A DNA stretch of 64,000 nt from a bacterium (lineage in GTDB: Bacteria; UBA8248): positions 2,080,001 through 2,144,000 of the forward strand of contig CBDBBI010000010.1 of assembly GCA_965202625.1 (NCBI GenBank), given 5' to 3'. Positions 9,189-18,160 of this stretch are shown piece after piece. The notes beneath the pieces are model-generated. The model had not been told where the DNA came from, ran no database searches, and saw nothing but the letters and a program-made list of their open reading frames with translations. Made by a program: the position numbers and the translations under genes. Position 1 is the first letter of the stretch; each line of letters begins with the position of its first letter.

Positions 9189-9659
9189 ATGTATCAGCGA
9201 ATTTTGATTCCCCTGGACGGTTCGGAGGAGGCGGAAGCTGCCGTGGATGAGGTGGTGCGCCTCTCGCCGAACGCGGAAGTCGTTCATCTGCAGTTGGTGG
9301 AGAACGGTGTCATGCAGTCGAGACAACTTGAGGGCTACGCGATGTATGCCGATCAGATCGAGGATGCGCGAAAGCGCGCGGGCACAGCGTATTTGCGTCC
9401 TTTGCGGGAGAAACTCGAGTCCCGGGGCTTGCGCGCGGAGGTTTCCGTGAGCACCGGCGATCCATTGAGTCAGATAGTCGAGAGGGCGGAAAAACTGGAC
9501 GCCGACCTCATCCTGCTCGGCGGCGAGGAGCCCAGGTGGTTCAGAAGACGTCTGGGGCTGGCGCGCCTCGCCCCGCGCCTGGCGAAGAAAGTGAAATCCC
9601 GTCTCTTGTTGACGCAAGATTCGGTGCAATCTCCAAAAACCCTCAAGAGAGTCGCTTAG
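9189..9659 (+). CDS. Universal stress protein (UspA family)
   Basis: MYQRILIPLDGSEEAEAA and GDPLSQIVERAEKLDADLILLG. Confidence 0.9.
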   Translation: MYQRILIPLDGSEEAEAAVDEVVRLSPNAEVVHLQLVENGVMQSRQLEGYAMYADQIEDARKRAGTAYLRPLREKLESRGLRAEVSVSTGDPLSQIVERAEKLDADLILLGGEEPRWFRRRLGLARLAPRLAKKVKSRLLLTQDSVQSPKTLKRVA

Positions 9660-9671
9660 AGAAAAACCTGC

Positions 9672-9694
9672 CGTGGCCCAATCACTGGGCCACG
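9672..9694. other. GC-rich hairpin downstream of the USP gene
   Basis: CGTGGCCCA-ATCAC-TGGGCCACG. There is no U-tract, so a terminator role is uncertain. Confidence 0.35.
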
Positions 9695-9844
9695 CCCCCA
9701 CTTGCCTCCCCCCTGGTGGTCCACGCTGTCCAGCACCGGGCCGCCGGGCGGGGAATCCTCACCTTCTGTCGATCTGGTCGCGTTCCGCTCGTATTCGCTG
9801 GATGGTAGAATCTCCTCTCGTTCGAATCGCTTGGGGAATGGCGG

Positions 9845-10741
9845 ATGCGGATTGGCGTCTTGTGTCGTGATGAGACCTTGCACGGCGTGCGGAGAATCTC
9901 AGAGAGCGCCAGGAACAGAAAGCACCAGGTGCAGGTTCTGGATCCGTATCGATTTTTGCTCAAACTGAACGAGGGGGGAATGTCGCTCGAGTTTCGAGGC
10001 TTGCCCTTTTCAGGAGCGGACGTCTTCCTGCCGCGCCTGGGGGCGAACATATCAGAGCATTCTCTCGCCCTTGTTCGGCACCTGGAAGGCAGCGGCGCTT
10101 TGTTCGTCAACGGCTCCCATGCGCTTGAGACCTCGCGGGACAAACTGCGCACCCTGCAGCTTTTGGCGCGAAACGGCTTGCCGGTGCCGAGAACGGCGTT
10201 CGCTCCTGATCCGAACTATCTGCGCGCCGCGCTCCACAGCGTGGGGGGCGCGCCCGTCGTCATCAAGTTGCCGCGCGGGACGCAGGGCAAGGGTGTAATG
10301 CGCGCCCACGGCCCGGAGGAGGCGCAGTCCATCTTGGACGTGATGTGGAGTCTCCAGCGCGACGCCCTTGTTCAGGAGTACGTGGAAGAGGCGCGGGAGA
10401 GGGATCTCCGAATCATCGTCGTCGGCGGTGAAATTGCGGCCGCCGTAAGAAGGCGCGCGTCTGCCGGCGAGTTTCGCGCGAACTTCCATCGGGGCGGCTA
10501 TGTACGAGCAGTCGTTCCGGCCGCCCGAAGCGCAGAACTCGCCAAAAGCGCCGCGAAATTATGTGGTTTGGAAATCGCCGGCGTGGATTTGCTGGAAACC
10601 AGTCGCGGCCCCTTGGTTTTGGAGGTGAACGCCGCCCCTGGTTTTGAGGGCGTGGAGCGCGCCGGCGGCCCGCCGGTGGCCTCCATGATTTTGGATTACG
10701 TTGAGCACCGCTACGAGGAATGGAAGAGGAGCAAGGCGTAA
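9845..10741 (+). CDS. rimK: RimK family ATP-grasp alpha-L-glutamate ligase
   Basis: SRDKLRTLQLL, VVIKLPRGTQGKGV, LVQEYV...DLRIIVVG, FRANFHRGG, AGVDLL...LEVNAAPGFEG. Confidence 0.85.
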   Translation: MRIGVLCRDETLHGVRRISESARNRKHQVQVLDPYRFLLKLNEGGMSLEFRGLPFSGADVFLPRLGANISEHSLALVRHLEGSGALFVNGSHALETSRDKLRTLQLLARNGLPVPRTAFAPDPNYLRAALHSVGGAPVVIKLPRGTQGKGVMRAHGPEEAQSILDVMWSLQRDALVQEYVEEARERDLRIIVVGGEIAAAVRRRASAGEFRANFHRGGYVRAVVPAARSAELAKSAAKLCGLEIAGVDLLETSRGPLVLEVNAAPGFEGVERAGGPPVASMILDYVEHRYEEWKRSKA

Positions 10742-10886
10742 TTCGTTTGCCGAGGTTTTCGCACTGCCCCTATAATCGACCGCTGACCTTAAAGAGGGTC
10801 GCCGCAAGGGTGCGCCGCCGGCGCCGCGTTTTCGGAGCGCGTGAGGATCGCTTTTTGGACGAGAATACTAAAAGGGGAGAAATTCG

Positions 10887-12212
10887 TTGATGAGCGACGT
10901 TGACGCGATATGCCATGCGGCGAGAGACGCTGCCCTCGCGCTGGCTCCCTTGAGCGATGGGGCGAGAAATCGCGCGCTGGCCGCCGTGGCCGACGCGATT
11001 GACGAGAACGCCGGGCGGATTCTGCGTGCGAACGAAGAGGACGTCGCCGGCGCGCGGCCACTCTTGGCGCGCGGAGAGATGTCCCCACCGCTGCTTCGGC
11101 GCCTTGAACTGAGCGCGCACAAGATAGCGCAGATGGCGGCTGGCGTGCGCGAGGTGGCCGGGCTGCCGGACCCGTTGGGCGTCGTGTGCATGGCGACGCT
11201 GCTTGATGAGGGACTTACGCTCAGGCGCGTCACGTGTCCTTTGGGCGTGATCGCCGCCGTATTCGAGTCAAGACCGGACGCCCTCGTGCAAATCGCCTCG
11301 CTCTGCCTCAAATCGGGAAACGCCGTCATCCTCAAAGGAGGCCGCGAGGCCGCGCATACAAACCGCCTTCTGGCCGATCTGATTCGGCGCGCTTCCTCGG
11401 CGGCGGGAGAGTTTCCGGCGGATGCCCTGCAGCTCATCGAGGCGCGAGAGGACGTGCAGACGTTGTTGTCGCGTGACGACGCGGTGGATTTGCTCATACC
11501 GCGCGGCAGCAACGAGTTCGTGCGCTACATCAAGGAGCGTTCCTCCATTCCGGTTCTGGGCCATGCGGATGGAGTTTGCCATTTATACGTGGATGAGGCG
11601 GCGGAGACAGATATGGCCGTGCGCCTCGCCCTGGACGCGAAAACGCAATACCCTGCGGTTTGCAACGCGATAGAGACGCTTTTGGTGCACGAGCGCAAAG
11701 CGGGAGAATACCTCCCTTTGGTCTCTGCGGCCTTGAGGGAAAAGGGGGTGACCATTCGGGGCTGCGATGCGACGATAGCGATTCTCGAAGATGCGGAGGC
11801 GGCCTCCGCGGATGACTGGAAAATGGAATATCTGGATTTGATCATCTCCGTCCGCGTGGTGGCCTCCCTTGCCGAGGCGGTGGATCACGTCAACCGGTAT
11901 GGTTCGCGTCACACCGAGGCGATCGTCACCTCGGACGAGGCGGCGGCGCGGACGTTCTTGTCGAGGGTGGACGCCGCCAGCGTCATGTGGAACGCGTCCA
12001 CGCGCCTGGCGGATGGTTTTCGCTACGGATTTGGCGCGGAGGTGGGAATCGCCACCGACAAAATACACGCGCGCGGCCCCGTCGGCCTGGAGGGATTGAT
12101 GACCTATAAATACCATCTCACGGGAAGGGGACACCTTGTCTCTGACTATGAAGGCGCGGGCGGGCGGGCGTTTCTTCATCAGCCAATTTCCCTGCATGAC
12201 GAGACCGACTAG
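10887..12212 (+). CDS. proA: Gamma-glutamyl phosphate reductase
   Basis: PLGVIAAVFESRP, LKSGNAVILKGGREA, IPRGS, PAVCNAIETLLVH, DGFRYGFGAEVGIATDKIHARGPVGLEGL. Confidence 0.96.
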   Translation: MMSDVDAICHAARDAALALAPLSDGARNRALAAVADAIDENAGRILRANEEDVAGARPLLARGEMSPPLLRRLELSAHKIAQMAAGVREVAGLPDPLGVVCMATLLDEGLTLRRVTCPLGVIAAVFESRPDALVQIASLCLKSGNAVILKGGREAAHTNRLLADLIRRASSAAGEFPADALQLIEAREDVQTLLSRDDAVDLLIPRGSNEFVRYIKERSSIPVLGHADGVCHLYVDEAAETDMAVRLALDAKTQYPAVCNAIETLLVHERKAGEYLPLVSAALREKGVTIRGCDATIAILEDAEAASADDWKMEYLDLIISVRVVASLAEAVDHVNRYGSRHTEAIVTSDEAAARTFLSRVDAASVMWNASTRLADGFRYGFGAEVGIATDKIHARGPVGLEGLMTYKYHLTGRGHLVSDYEGAGGRAFLHQPISLHDETD

Positions 12213-12226
12213 GGGGGCGTCCACTC

Positions 12227-12544
12227 TTGCGCAGGTGGGTCGTCGCTTCGTTTCTCGCTTTTAGCGGCGCGCTCCTCGTCTTGTTGTTCGCTTTTCAGAA
12301 CCCGAAGCGTGAAGAGATGCCCCTCGCCAAAGGAGACGGCGCGATCCTCTATCGCCAGAACTGCGCCGTCTGCCATGGCGTGCGGGGGGCGGGCGGAATC
12401 GGACGGCCTCTTCGTGGCCGCATCCTTCCCGTTGCCTTGATAAAGCAGATCGTCCAAAGGGGGCAGAACAAAATGCCCGCCCTGCCCCACCTCAAGGGCG
12501 AGGCACTGGAGGACGTGGCGAGATACGTGAATCGCCTGCGCTAA
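12227..12544 (+). CDS. Membrane-anchored monoheme class I cytochrome c
   Basis: N-terminal TM/signal helix, YRQNCAVCHG, and distal MPA methionine ligand. Confidence 0.85.
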   Translation: MRRWVVASFLAFSGALLVLLFAFQNPKREEMPLAKGDGAILYRQNCAVCHGVRGAGGIGRPLRGRILPVALIKQIVQRGQNKMPALPHLKGEALEDVARYVNRLR

Positions 12545-12576
12545 ACTTTGCATCCCTGCCTCTTTGGGCCGGTGCC

Positions 12577-13353
12577 CTAGACCTCGCTTCTCTGCGCGGT
12601 TTTCACCGCCAGAGTGAAGGAGACGAAGCCGAAGCTCAGCATGATGAGGAGGGAAAGCCCCAGCCCGGGCAGGCTGTCCACGGCACCGGGCGCGCTCATG
12701 TAGAGCGTTCGCCTCAAAGCCGCCACGCCGTATGTGAGGGGGTTGATCTCCATGACGAGCCCGATGAGGGGATGCGCGCCCGAGGTCGGAAACACCGCAC
12801 CGGAGAGCAACCAAAGAGGTATCAGCAACAGGTTCATGATGGAGTGAAAGCCTTGGGTGGATTCGATTCGCCAGGCGAAGAGAAGCCCGAGCGCGGTGAG
12901 TGCGAAGCCGATGAGGCCCATCACCGCAACCGAGGCGAACGCCGCCGCCAGTGTGAGCGGAACGCCCGCCAGAGGAGCGGCGAGGAGCAGGAGAATTCCT
13001 TGCAGTAGCGCCAGCGTGGCGCCGCCGAGCGCCTGTCCCAGTACGATGGCTGAGCGTGGGACGGGCGCTGCGAGGACGCTTTGCAAAAAATGTGCTTTTT
13101 TGTCATCCACCACGGCGAAGGTGGAGAAAATGGCCGTGAAGAGCACCACCATGACGATGATGCCCGGATAGAAGTATTCTAGGTACCCTTCTCCGCCGCC
13201 CGAATAGCGAAAACTCCGCCCAAAGCCGCTACCCAGCAGCAGCCAGAAAAGAACAGGCTGGCCGAGCGCGCCGATGACGCGGCTGCGCTGACGCAAAAAG
13301 CGGACGATCTCACGCTGCCAAATCGTTCCCATGCAGAGCAAAAAAGGAGTCAC
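12577..13353 (-). CDS. ABC-2 type exporter permease
   Basis: WQREIVRFLRQRSR, YFYPGII, LSGAVFP, INPLTYGV. The GTG start overlaps the ATPase stop; the ORF-track N-terminal extension is unlikely. Confidence 0.9.
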   Translation of the reverse strand: MTPFLLCMGTIWQREIVRFLRQRSRVIGALGQPVLFWLLLGSGFGRSFRYSGGGEGYLEYFYPGIIVMVVLFTAIFSTFAVVDDKKAHFLQSVLAAPVPRSAIVLGQALGGATLALLQGILLLLAAPLAGVPLTLAAAFASVAVMGLIGFALTALGLLFAWRIESTQGFHSIMNLLLIPLWLLSGAVFPTSGAHPLIGLVMEINPLTYGVAALRRTLYMSAPGAVDSLPGLGLSLLIMLSFGFVSFTLAVKTAQRSEV

Positions 13354-14315
13354 CGCTTCTTCGCCTTGGGGTTGGGAGGGGGGGCGTCCGCGTCGATGAA
13401 GCGTTTTCCTGTTTGTTTGATGAAAACGTCTTCGAGCGTGACTTTTCCCAGGACGATGGATTTCAGCTCGCCGGAAAACGCCTCGACGATTTTTGGAATG
13501 GCCGCGTGGGGATCGTTCATCTCCGCGCGCAAGAAGCCGTCCACGCTTTTCACGTCGCACGAAAACATGGCCTGCAACTTCGGAAGCAGGGATTCGGGGT
13601 TTCGCGCTTCGATTGTCAGCACGTCGCCGCTCACCTCCTTTTTGAGCGCGTCGGGTGCGCCGATGGCGACGAGGCTTCCCTTGTGGAGGATGCCCACTCG
13701 ATCGGCGTGGTCCGCCTCCTCGATGAAATGCGTGGTGAGCACGACCGTGGCGTCCGTTTCGTCTCTCAGCCTTCGGAGCGCGTTTCTGAAATCGATTCTG
13801 GCACCGGGGTCGAGTCCCGCACTGGGCTCATCCAGCAGCAGCATATCGGGCCGAGGCAGAAGCGCCTTGGCGAGTTCCGCTCTGCGCTGCAACCCGCCTG
13901 AGAGGGTTTCGACAAAATCCTTTTTTCGGTCCTCAAGGCCAAATCGCTCCAGAAGATTCGAGGCGGCCTCTCGCAGGGGGCGGCCAAGCATTCCGTGGAG
14001 TCTTCCGTGATGGAGCATGTTCTCCAAAACGGTGAGTTTCGGGTCCAGGCTCGGTTGCTGGAACACGACGCCGATTTTCCTGCGCACCGAATGGGGAGCT
14101 TTCCGCACCGAATGACCAAAGACGCGCGCGTCGCCGGAGGATGGGCGCATGAGGGTGGCGACGATGCGGAACAGGGTGGTTTTGCCGCCGCCGTTCGGGC
14201 CGAGAAGTGCGAATATCTCGCGCGCTGACACCTCGAAGCGCACGCTCCTGAGGGCGACGCGCTCTCCGTAGCGGTGCGATACGTCTTGAACGGCCAGGGC
14301 GGGGTTTGGCTTCAA
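13350..14315 (-). CDS. ABC exporter ATP-binding protein (DrrA/NodI-like)
   Basis: GPNGGGKTT, LSGGLQRR, LLLDEPSAGLD; TTG start inferred at 14315. Confidence 0.92.
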   Translation of the reverse strand: MKPNPALAVQDVSHRYGERVALRSVRFEVSAREIFALLGPNGGGKTTLFRIVATLMRPSSGDARVFGHSVRKAPHSVRRKIGVVFQQPSLDPKLTVLENMLHHGRLHGMLGRPLREAASNLLERFGLEDRKKDFVETLSGGLQRRAELAKALLPRPDMLLLDEPSAGLDPGARIDFRNALRRLRDETDATVVLTTHFIEEADHADRVGILHKGSLVAIGAPDALKKEVSGDVLTIEARNPESLLPKLQAMFSCDVKSVDGFLRAEMNDPHAAIPKIVEAFSGELKSIVLGKVTLEDVFIKQTGKRFIDADAPPPNPKAKKR

Positions 14316-14689
14316 TGCGATGCGTCCCCATCGTCGGCGCGTGAGAATTTCTGGCTGAGGAAATAATCCACGTTTAGCCAGATGGCCCGGGAGTAGCGAA
14401 ACGAGAATAGCGGAATCAGAATGCAAAGCCCGCCCCAGATGATGAGCTGCGTCCTCAGCCCCGGCGCGATGAGGCGCTCGGTGAGAAAATAGCCGCTCAG
14501 ACAGATGAGGATCGTGATCGCGTAGTTGACGTAGATGGCGCCGACAAAATAGCCCTGCTCACGCTCGATGAGATATCCGCAGGCGGGACATTGCCGGTGC
14601 ATGTGAAACAGGCCGGTGAAAAGAGGCTCGGGACACCTCGGGCATATCAGCGTCCCCCCGCGCCTCAGGGCGTTTAGGAACCCTCTCAT
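14312..14689 (-). CDS. DUF983-like membrane protein with zinc-ribbon motifs
   Basis: CPRC...CPACG, EREQGYFVGAIYVNY, two TM helices, RYSRAIW. Confidence 0.8.
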   Translation of the reverse strand: MRGFLNALRRGGTLICPRCPEPLFTGLFHMHRQCPACGYLIEREQGYFVGAIYVNYAITILICLSGYFLTERLIAPGLRTQLIIWGGLCILIPLFSFRYSRAIWLNVDYFLSQKFSRADDGDASH

Positions 14690-15111
14690 GGCCTTGGATA
14701 GAGCGCGTAGAGGAAGAGATAGACCAAGACGCCGGTGAAGGAGACGTAGAGCCAGATGGGGTAAGTCCAGCGGGCGATGCGGCGATGGCGCTCAAAATCG
14801 CCCCTCCAGGCGCGATAGAGGGTGATGATCGCCATGGGAGGCACCAAGGCGGCCAGAACGGAATGCGTGATGAGAATGAAGAAATATACGTAGCGAATCC
14901 AGCCCGTTCCCCTAAACCCGACCGAGCCCACCTGAAAATGATAAACGAGATAGAAAATGAGGAACAGGCAGGAGACGAGAAACGCGCTCGCCATCAAGCG
15001 CTTGTGGGCTTCCACTTTTTTGGCACGAATCCGCCTCACCCCGAGAATGAGCAAAAGCGCGCTCGTGGCGTTCAACAAGGCGTTCAGCGTGGGCAGATAG
15101 TGAAGGGGCAT
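14686..15111 (-). CDS. DUF420 (CtaM/YozB-like) oxidase assembly membrane protein
   Basis: LPTLNALLN, HKRLM, FLIFYLVYH, YFFILITHSVLA, HRRIARWTYPIWLYVSFTGVLVY. Confidence 0.9.
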   Translation of the reverse strand: MPLHYLPTLNALLNATSALLLILGVRRIRAKKVEAHKRLMASAFLVSCLFLIFYLVYHFQVGSVGFRGTGWIRYVYFFILITHSVLAALVPPMAIITLYRAWRGDFERHRRIARWTYPIWLYVSFTGVLVYLFLYALYPRP

Positions 15112-15143
15112 GGATCTTCTGAAGCGTCCCTGGGCGGCTTGGC

Positions 15144-15440
15144 CTAGAAATCCGGCAACACCATCAGGACGACGAACACGCACAAGATGAGCGGTATCAT
15201 GGCGATGAAGCCCAGCGCCGCTTTCTCGAATTTCAGGTGCATGAAGTAAAGGGCGACGAGCACCGCCTTGGCCAGGGCCATGATGACGAGGAGTGCCCCC
15301 TTCAGCAGTTGCGGATAGGCGGGGCTCGCTTGGGGAATGCCGGCGAGCACCTCGAGTATCGTGAGCGCCAGCAGCCACCAGAAGATGGCCATGTAATTCA
15401 CGTGGTGATCGTCGTGTTTCGCGTGGCCTGCGCTAACCAT
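15144..15440 (-). CDS. ctaF: Cytochrome c oxidase subunit IV (caa3-type CtaF family)
   Basis: YMAIFWWLLALTILEV and KAVLVALYFMHLKFE; position within the cox operon. Confidence 0.85.
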   Translation of the reverse strand: MVSAGHAKHDDHHVNYMAIFWWLLALTILEVLAGIPQASPAYPQLLKGALLVIMALAKAVLVALYFMHLKFEKAALGFIAMIPLILCVFVVLMVLPDF

Positions 15441-15498
15441 GATGTGCGTGTTCTCCCTCAATCGAACCAAAGCGCGCCTCGGACGGCTCTTTGGGCGG

Positions 15499-16119
15499 TC
15501 ACAATAGATAGATGAACGTGAATACCAGAATCCAGACGAGGTCAACGAAGTGCCAGTAGAGGCCCGCAATTTCGACCTCGCTCCAGTTTGTGGCGGAATA
15601 GGCACCCCTCGCGCCCCGAACCGCGATGACGGCCAGGTAGATGACGCCGCCGGTGACGTGCATTCCATGAAAACCGGTGATGATGTAGAAGGTCGTACCA
15701 AAAAGGCCGTCCCCCCACTTGTTGGCGGAAAGGCCGAGACCCTGGTGAATGAGATGGGTCCACTCATATGCCTGCAAGCCCAGAAAGATGAGCCCGCCGC
15801 CGACGGTGAGCCACAGGAATTTCACCAGCCCTGCCTGATCGCCCCTTTTGATGGCGTCTAGCCCCTTCACCATCGTCACGCTGCTGCAAATGAGCAGGAA
15901 CGTCATGAACGCCGTAAGGGAAATGCCCAAAACATCTACGGGCACCGGCCAGTTCGCGCTGTTGCCCCGTATGATGGCGTAGCCCGCCAGCAAGGTTCCG
16001 AACGACATGGCGTCGCCCGCCAGAAATACCCACATCCCCAGCTTGCCCCAACTCTCGGGGGTAAGGGGGGTTTCCGTTGGCTCCACTTCGTGGGCGTGAT
16101 CTACGGCGGCTTCACTCAC
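15499..16119 (-). CDS. ctaE: Heme-copper oxidase subunit III (copy 1)
   Basis: KLGMWVFLAGD, TFLLICSSVTM, FYIITGFHGMHV, GLYWHFVDLVW. Confidence 0.92.
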   Translation of the reverse strand: MSEAAVDHAHEVEPTETPLTPESWGKLGMWVFLAGDAMSFGTLLAGYAIIRGNSANWPVPVDVLGISLTAFMTFLLICSSVTMVKGLDAIKRGDQAGLVKFLWLTVGGGLIFLGLQAYEWTHLIHQGLGLSANKWGDGLFGTTFYIITGFHGMHVTGGVIYLAVIAVRGARGAYSATNWSEVEIAGLYWHFVDLVWILVFTFIYLL

Positions 16120-16143
16120 TGCGCCCTCTCTTTCTCATGCAGA

Positions 16144-16383
16144 TTATTCAGAAAAAATACCTTTGCTCGCCGATGCTCTGTCCTTGGCGCGTCGCGAGTT
16201 GTAGGTGAAATAACCGCCGGCGATCATGGCGATCAAAAACGGCATGCTGATCAGAAAGCCCATGCTCCAGAGAAAGCCCGGCTCGCCGTCCAGCCCGCAG
16301 ACCGCGCAAGCAAGGGCGGCTTGACCGTTGAGAACCTCAAGTCCCGCGACCGCAACGATGGGTATGTGGGCGACCCGTTTCAC
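16144..16383 (-). CDS. Small exported or membrane CxxC protein in the cox operon
   Basis: RBS AAGGAG, signal-like N-terminus ending ALA-CAVCG, then one TM helix; co-oriented between the two subunit III genes. Confidence 0.7.
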   Translation of the reverse strand: MKRVAHIPIVAVAGLEVLNGQAALACAVCGLDGEPGFLWSMGFLISMPFLIAMIAGGYFTYNSRRAKDRASASKGIFSE

Positions 16384-16455
16384 TTGAAATCTCCTTGCGT
16401 TGAATATGCCACCGCCTTGGGGAGAGTGTCAACGTTTCCGACGGTTTTCGCGGCG

Positions 16456-17190
16456 TCAGAGCAGATACACCAGAAAGAACAAAACCGGCCAGAGTCCCAC
16501 CACCAGATGCCAATACATAGCGCACGTGATGACGCCGGTGGGATTTTCGGGGGAATACTTGCCTAGGCGCGCGCGAATGAGAACCACGAGCAGCCAGCTC
16601 GCCGCGCTGAGTACGTGAAACCCGTGCGTCCCGATGATGGTGTAGAAGATCGATCCATAGACGCTCGATGACGCCGTGAGTCCGAAACCAACGAGGCGCA
16701 CCCACTCGTAGCCCTGAATGGCGAGAAAAAGGGTTCCCAGCGCTCCTGTGATGGCGAGAAATCGTGGCAGGGCGCGCGTCTCGCCTGTTTTGAGCGCGCG
16801 CAGGGCGCGCGCCATGAAGTAGCTGCTCAGGAGCAGGAACGCCGTGTTGACGGCGGTGACTTCCACGGGCAGACGCGGCTGAAAAGGAGGGGGCCAAGGC
16901 TTTCCGCTGAAGCGGAATACCAGAAAGGCCCCCACGAGGCCAGAGAAGAACATGAGCTCGCCCGCGATGAGAACCAGCATGGCGAGCTGGGCGTTTCCGA
17001 GCGCAGGTTTTCGAGCGGGGGGCGAACCTCCCGAATTTCCTCCTCCCCCCCCATCGTCGGGCGGCGTCGGCGGAGGCGCGCCTCCCCCTCGCCGCGGAGT
17101 TTCTTTTGGGGGTGCTTCCAATACGGGATGCAAGGCGACTCCCCCTAGTTTCGGATGATGGCCACGGTCCAAGCGAGACCGGCCAGGCAC
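16456..17190 (-). CDS. ctaE: Heme-copper oxidase subunit III (copy 2, Pro/Gly-rich N-terminus)
   Basis: AMLVLIAGELMFF, NTAFLLLSS, FYTIIGTHGFHV, AMYWHLVVGLW; start position uncertain. Confidence 0.88.
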   Translation of the reverse strand: MPGRSRLDRGHHPKLGGVALHPVLEAPPKETPRRGGGAPPPTPPDDGGGGGNSGGSPPARKPALGNAQLAMLVLIAGELMFFSGLVGAFLVFRFSGKPWPPPFQPRLPVEVTAVNTAFLLLSSYFMARALRALKTGETRALPRFLAITGALGTLFLAIQGYEWVRLVGFGLTASSSVYGSIFYTIIGTHGFHVLSAASWLLVVLIRARLGKYSPENPTGVITCAMYWHLVVGLWPVLFFLVYLL

Positions 17191-17263
17191 GCGATGAAGA
17201 GCAGGAGATAAGCACCGGTGCGCCGGTTCTTGTTTTTGACGCGCCTCTCCTCCATCGGCGCGG

Positions 17264-18160
17264 CTAGCCGAAAACCATCGCCAGCAGGATTGCCGGCAGA
17301 TAAATGAGAGAGCAGTAGAACAGGCGTCTCGCCGAGGCGGCGCTTTTTCTTCTCGCCATGTGGATTCCGTAGCCCAGATAGGCGGCGCCCAGAATCGTGG
17401 AGGCCGCGAAGTAGGCGAAGCCCGCCATGCCGATGAGCGCCGGAGTCATGCCTACGGGAATGAGCGCCATGCAATAGGAGACGACCTGCCTGCCCGTGCT
17501 CGCCCCGTCGGGGTCCTCAAGGGGCAGGAGCTTGATGTCCGCCTTGGCGAAATCCTCGCGATACATCACGGCGATTGCCAGCGCATGGGGGATTTGCCAG
17601 AGAAACATGATAGAGAACACCACGAACGACTCGAGCGAAAGCGCACCCGTCTCCGCCGCCCAGCCGATGAGGGGGGGCATGGCGCCTGGAACCGCGCCCA
17701 CCACGCTGTTCAGCGATGTCATGCGCTTGAGTGGCGTGTATATGAACAAATAGAGTGCGCCCGTGGCCGCGATGAGTAGAGCGGTGAAGGGGTTCACGAA
17801 AATAGCGAGATACGCCACGCCTAGGAAAGTGAGGGCGGAGCCGAAAAGGAGCGCGTCGAATTTCGAGAGGCGTCCATCGGGCAGCGGGCGTTTTCGCGTG
17901 CGCGTCATCCGCGCGTCGATGTCCTCCTCCGCCGTCTGGTTGAGCGCCAGTGCGCCGCCAGTGGCGAGCGCGGTGCCGACGAGTGTATGGACGAGCAGGA
18001 CAATTTGCAGCCCTGCGTCCGAGGCGAGACAGAAGCCGGCGGCGGTGACGGCCAGCGCCATCGGCAAAATGCGCGGTTTTGTGAGCGCGAGATAGTCCGC
18101 TGCCCTTCTCCGCGTATTCGCGCTCTCAACGCCCATCGCCTCGGCGCGGAAGTGCGTCAT
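17264..18160 (-). CDS. ctaB: Protoheme IX farnesyltransferase (heme O synthase)
   Basis: LTKPRI, DIDARMTRTRKRPLP, YTPLKR, GAVPGAMPPLIGW, WQIPH. The start overlaps the ctaA stop. Confidence 0.95.
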   Translation of the reverse strand: MTHFRAEAMGVESANTRRRAADYLALTKPRILPMALAVTAAGFCLASDAGLQIVLLVHTLVGTALATGGALALNQTAEEDIDARMTRTRKRPLPDGRLSKFDALLFGSALTFLGVAYLAIFVNPFTALLIAATGALYLFIYTPLKRMTSLNSVVGAVPGAMPPLIGWAAETGALSLESFVVFSIMFLWQIPHALAIAVMYREDFAKADIKLLPLEDPDGASTGRQVVSYCMALIPVGMTPALIGMAGFAYFAASTILGAAYLGYGIHMARRKSAASARRLFYCSLIYLPAILLAMVFG

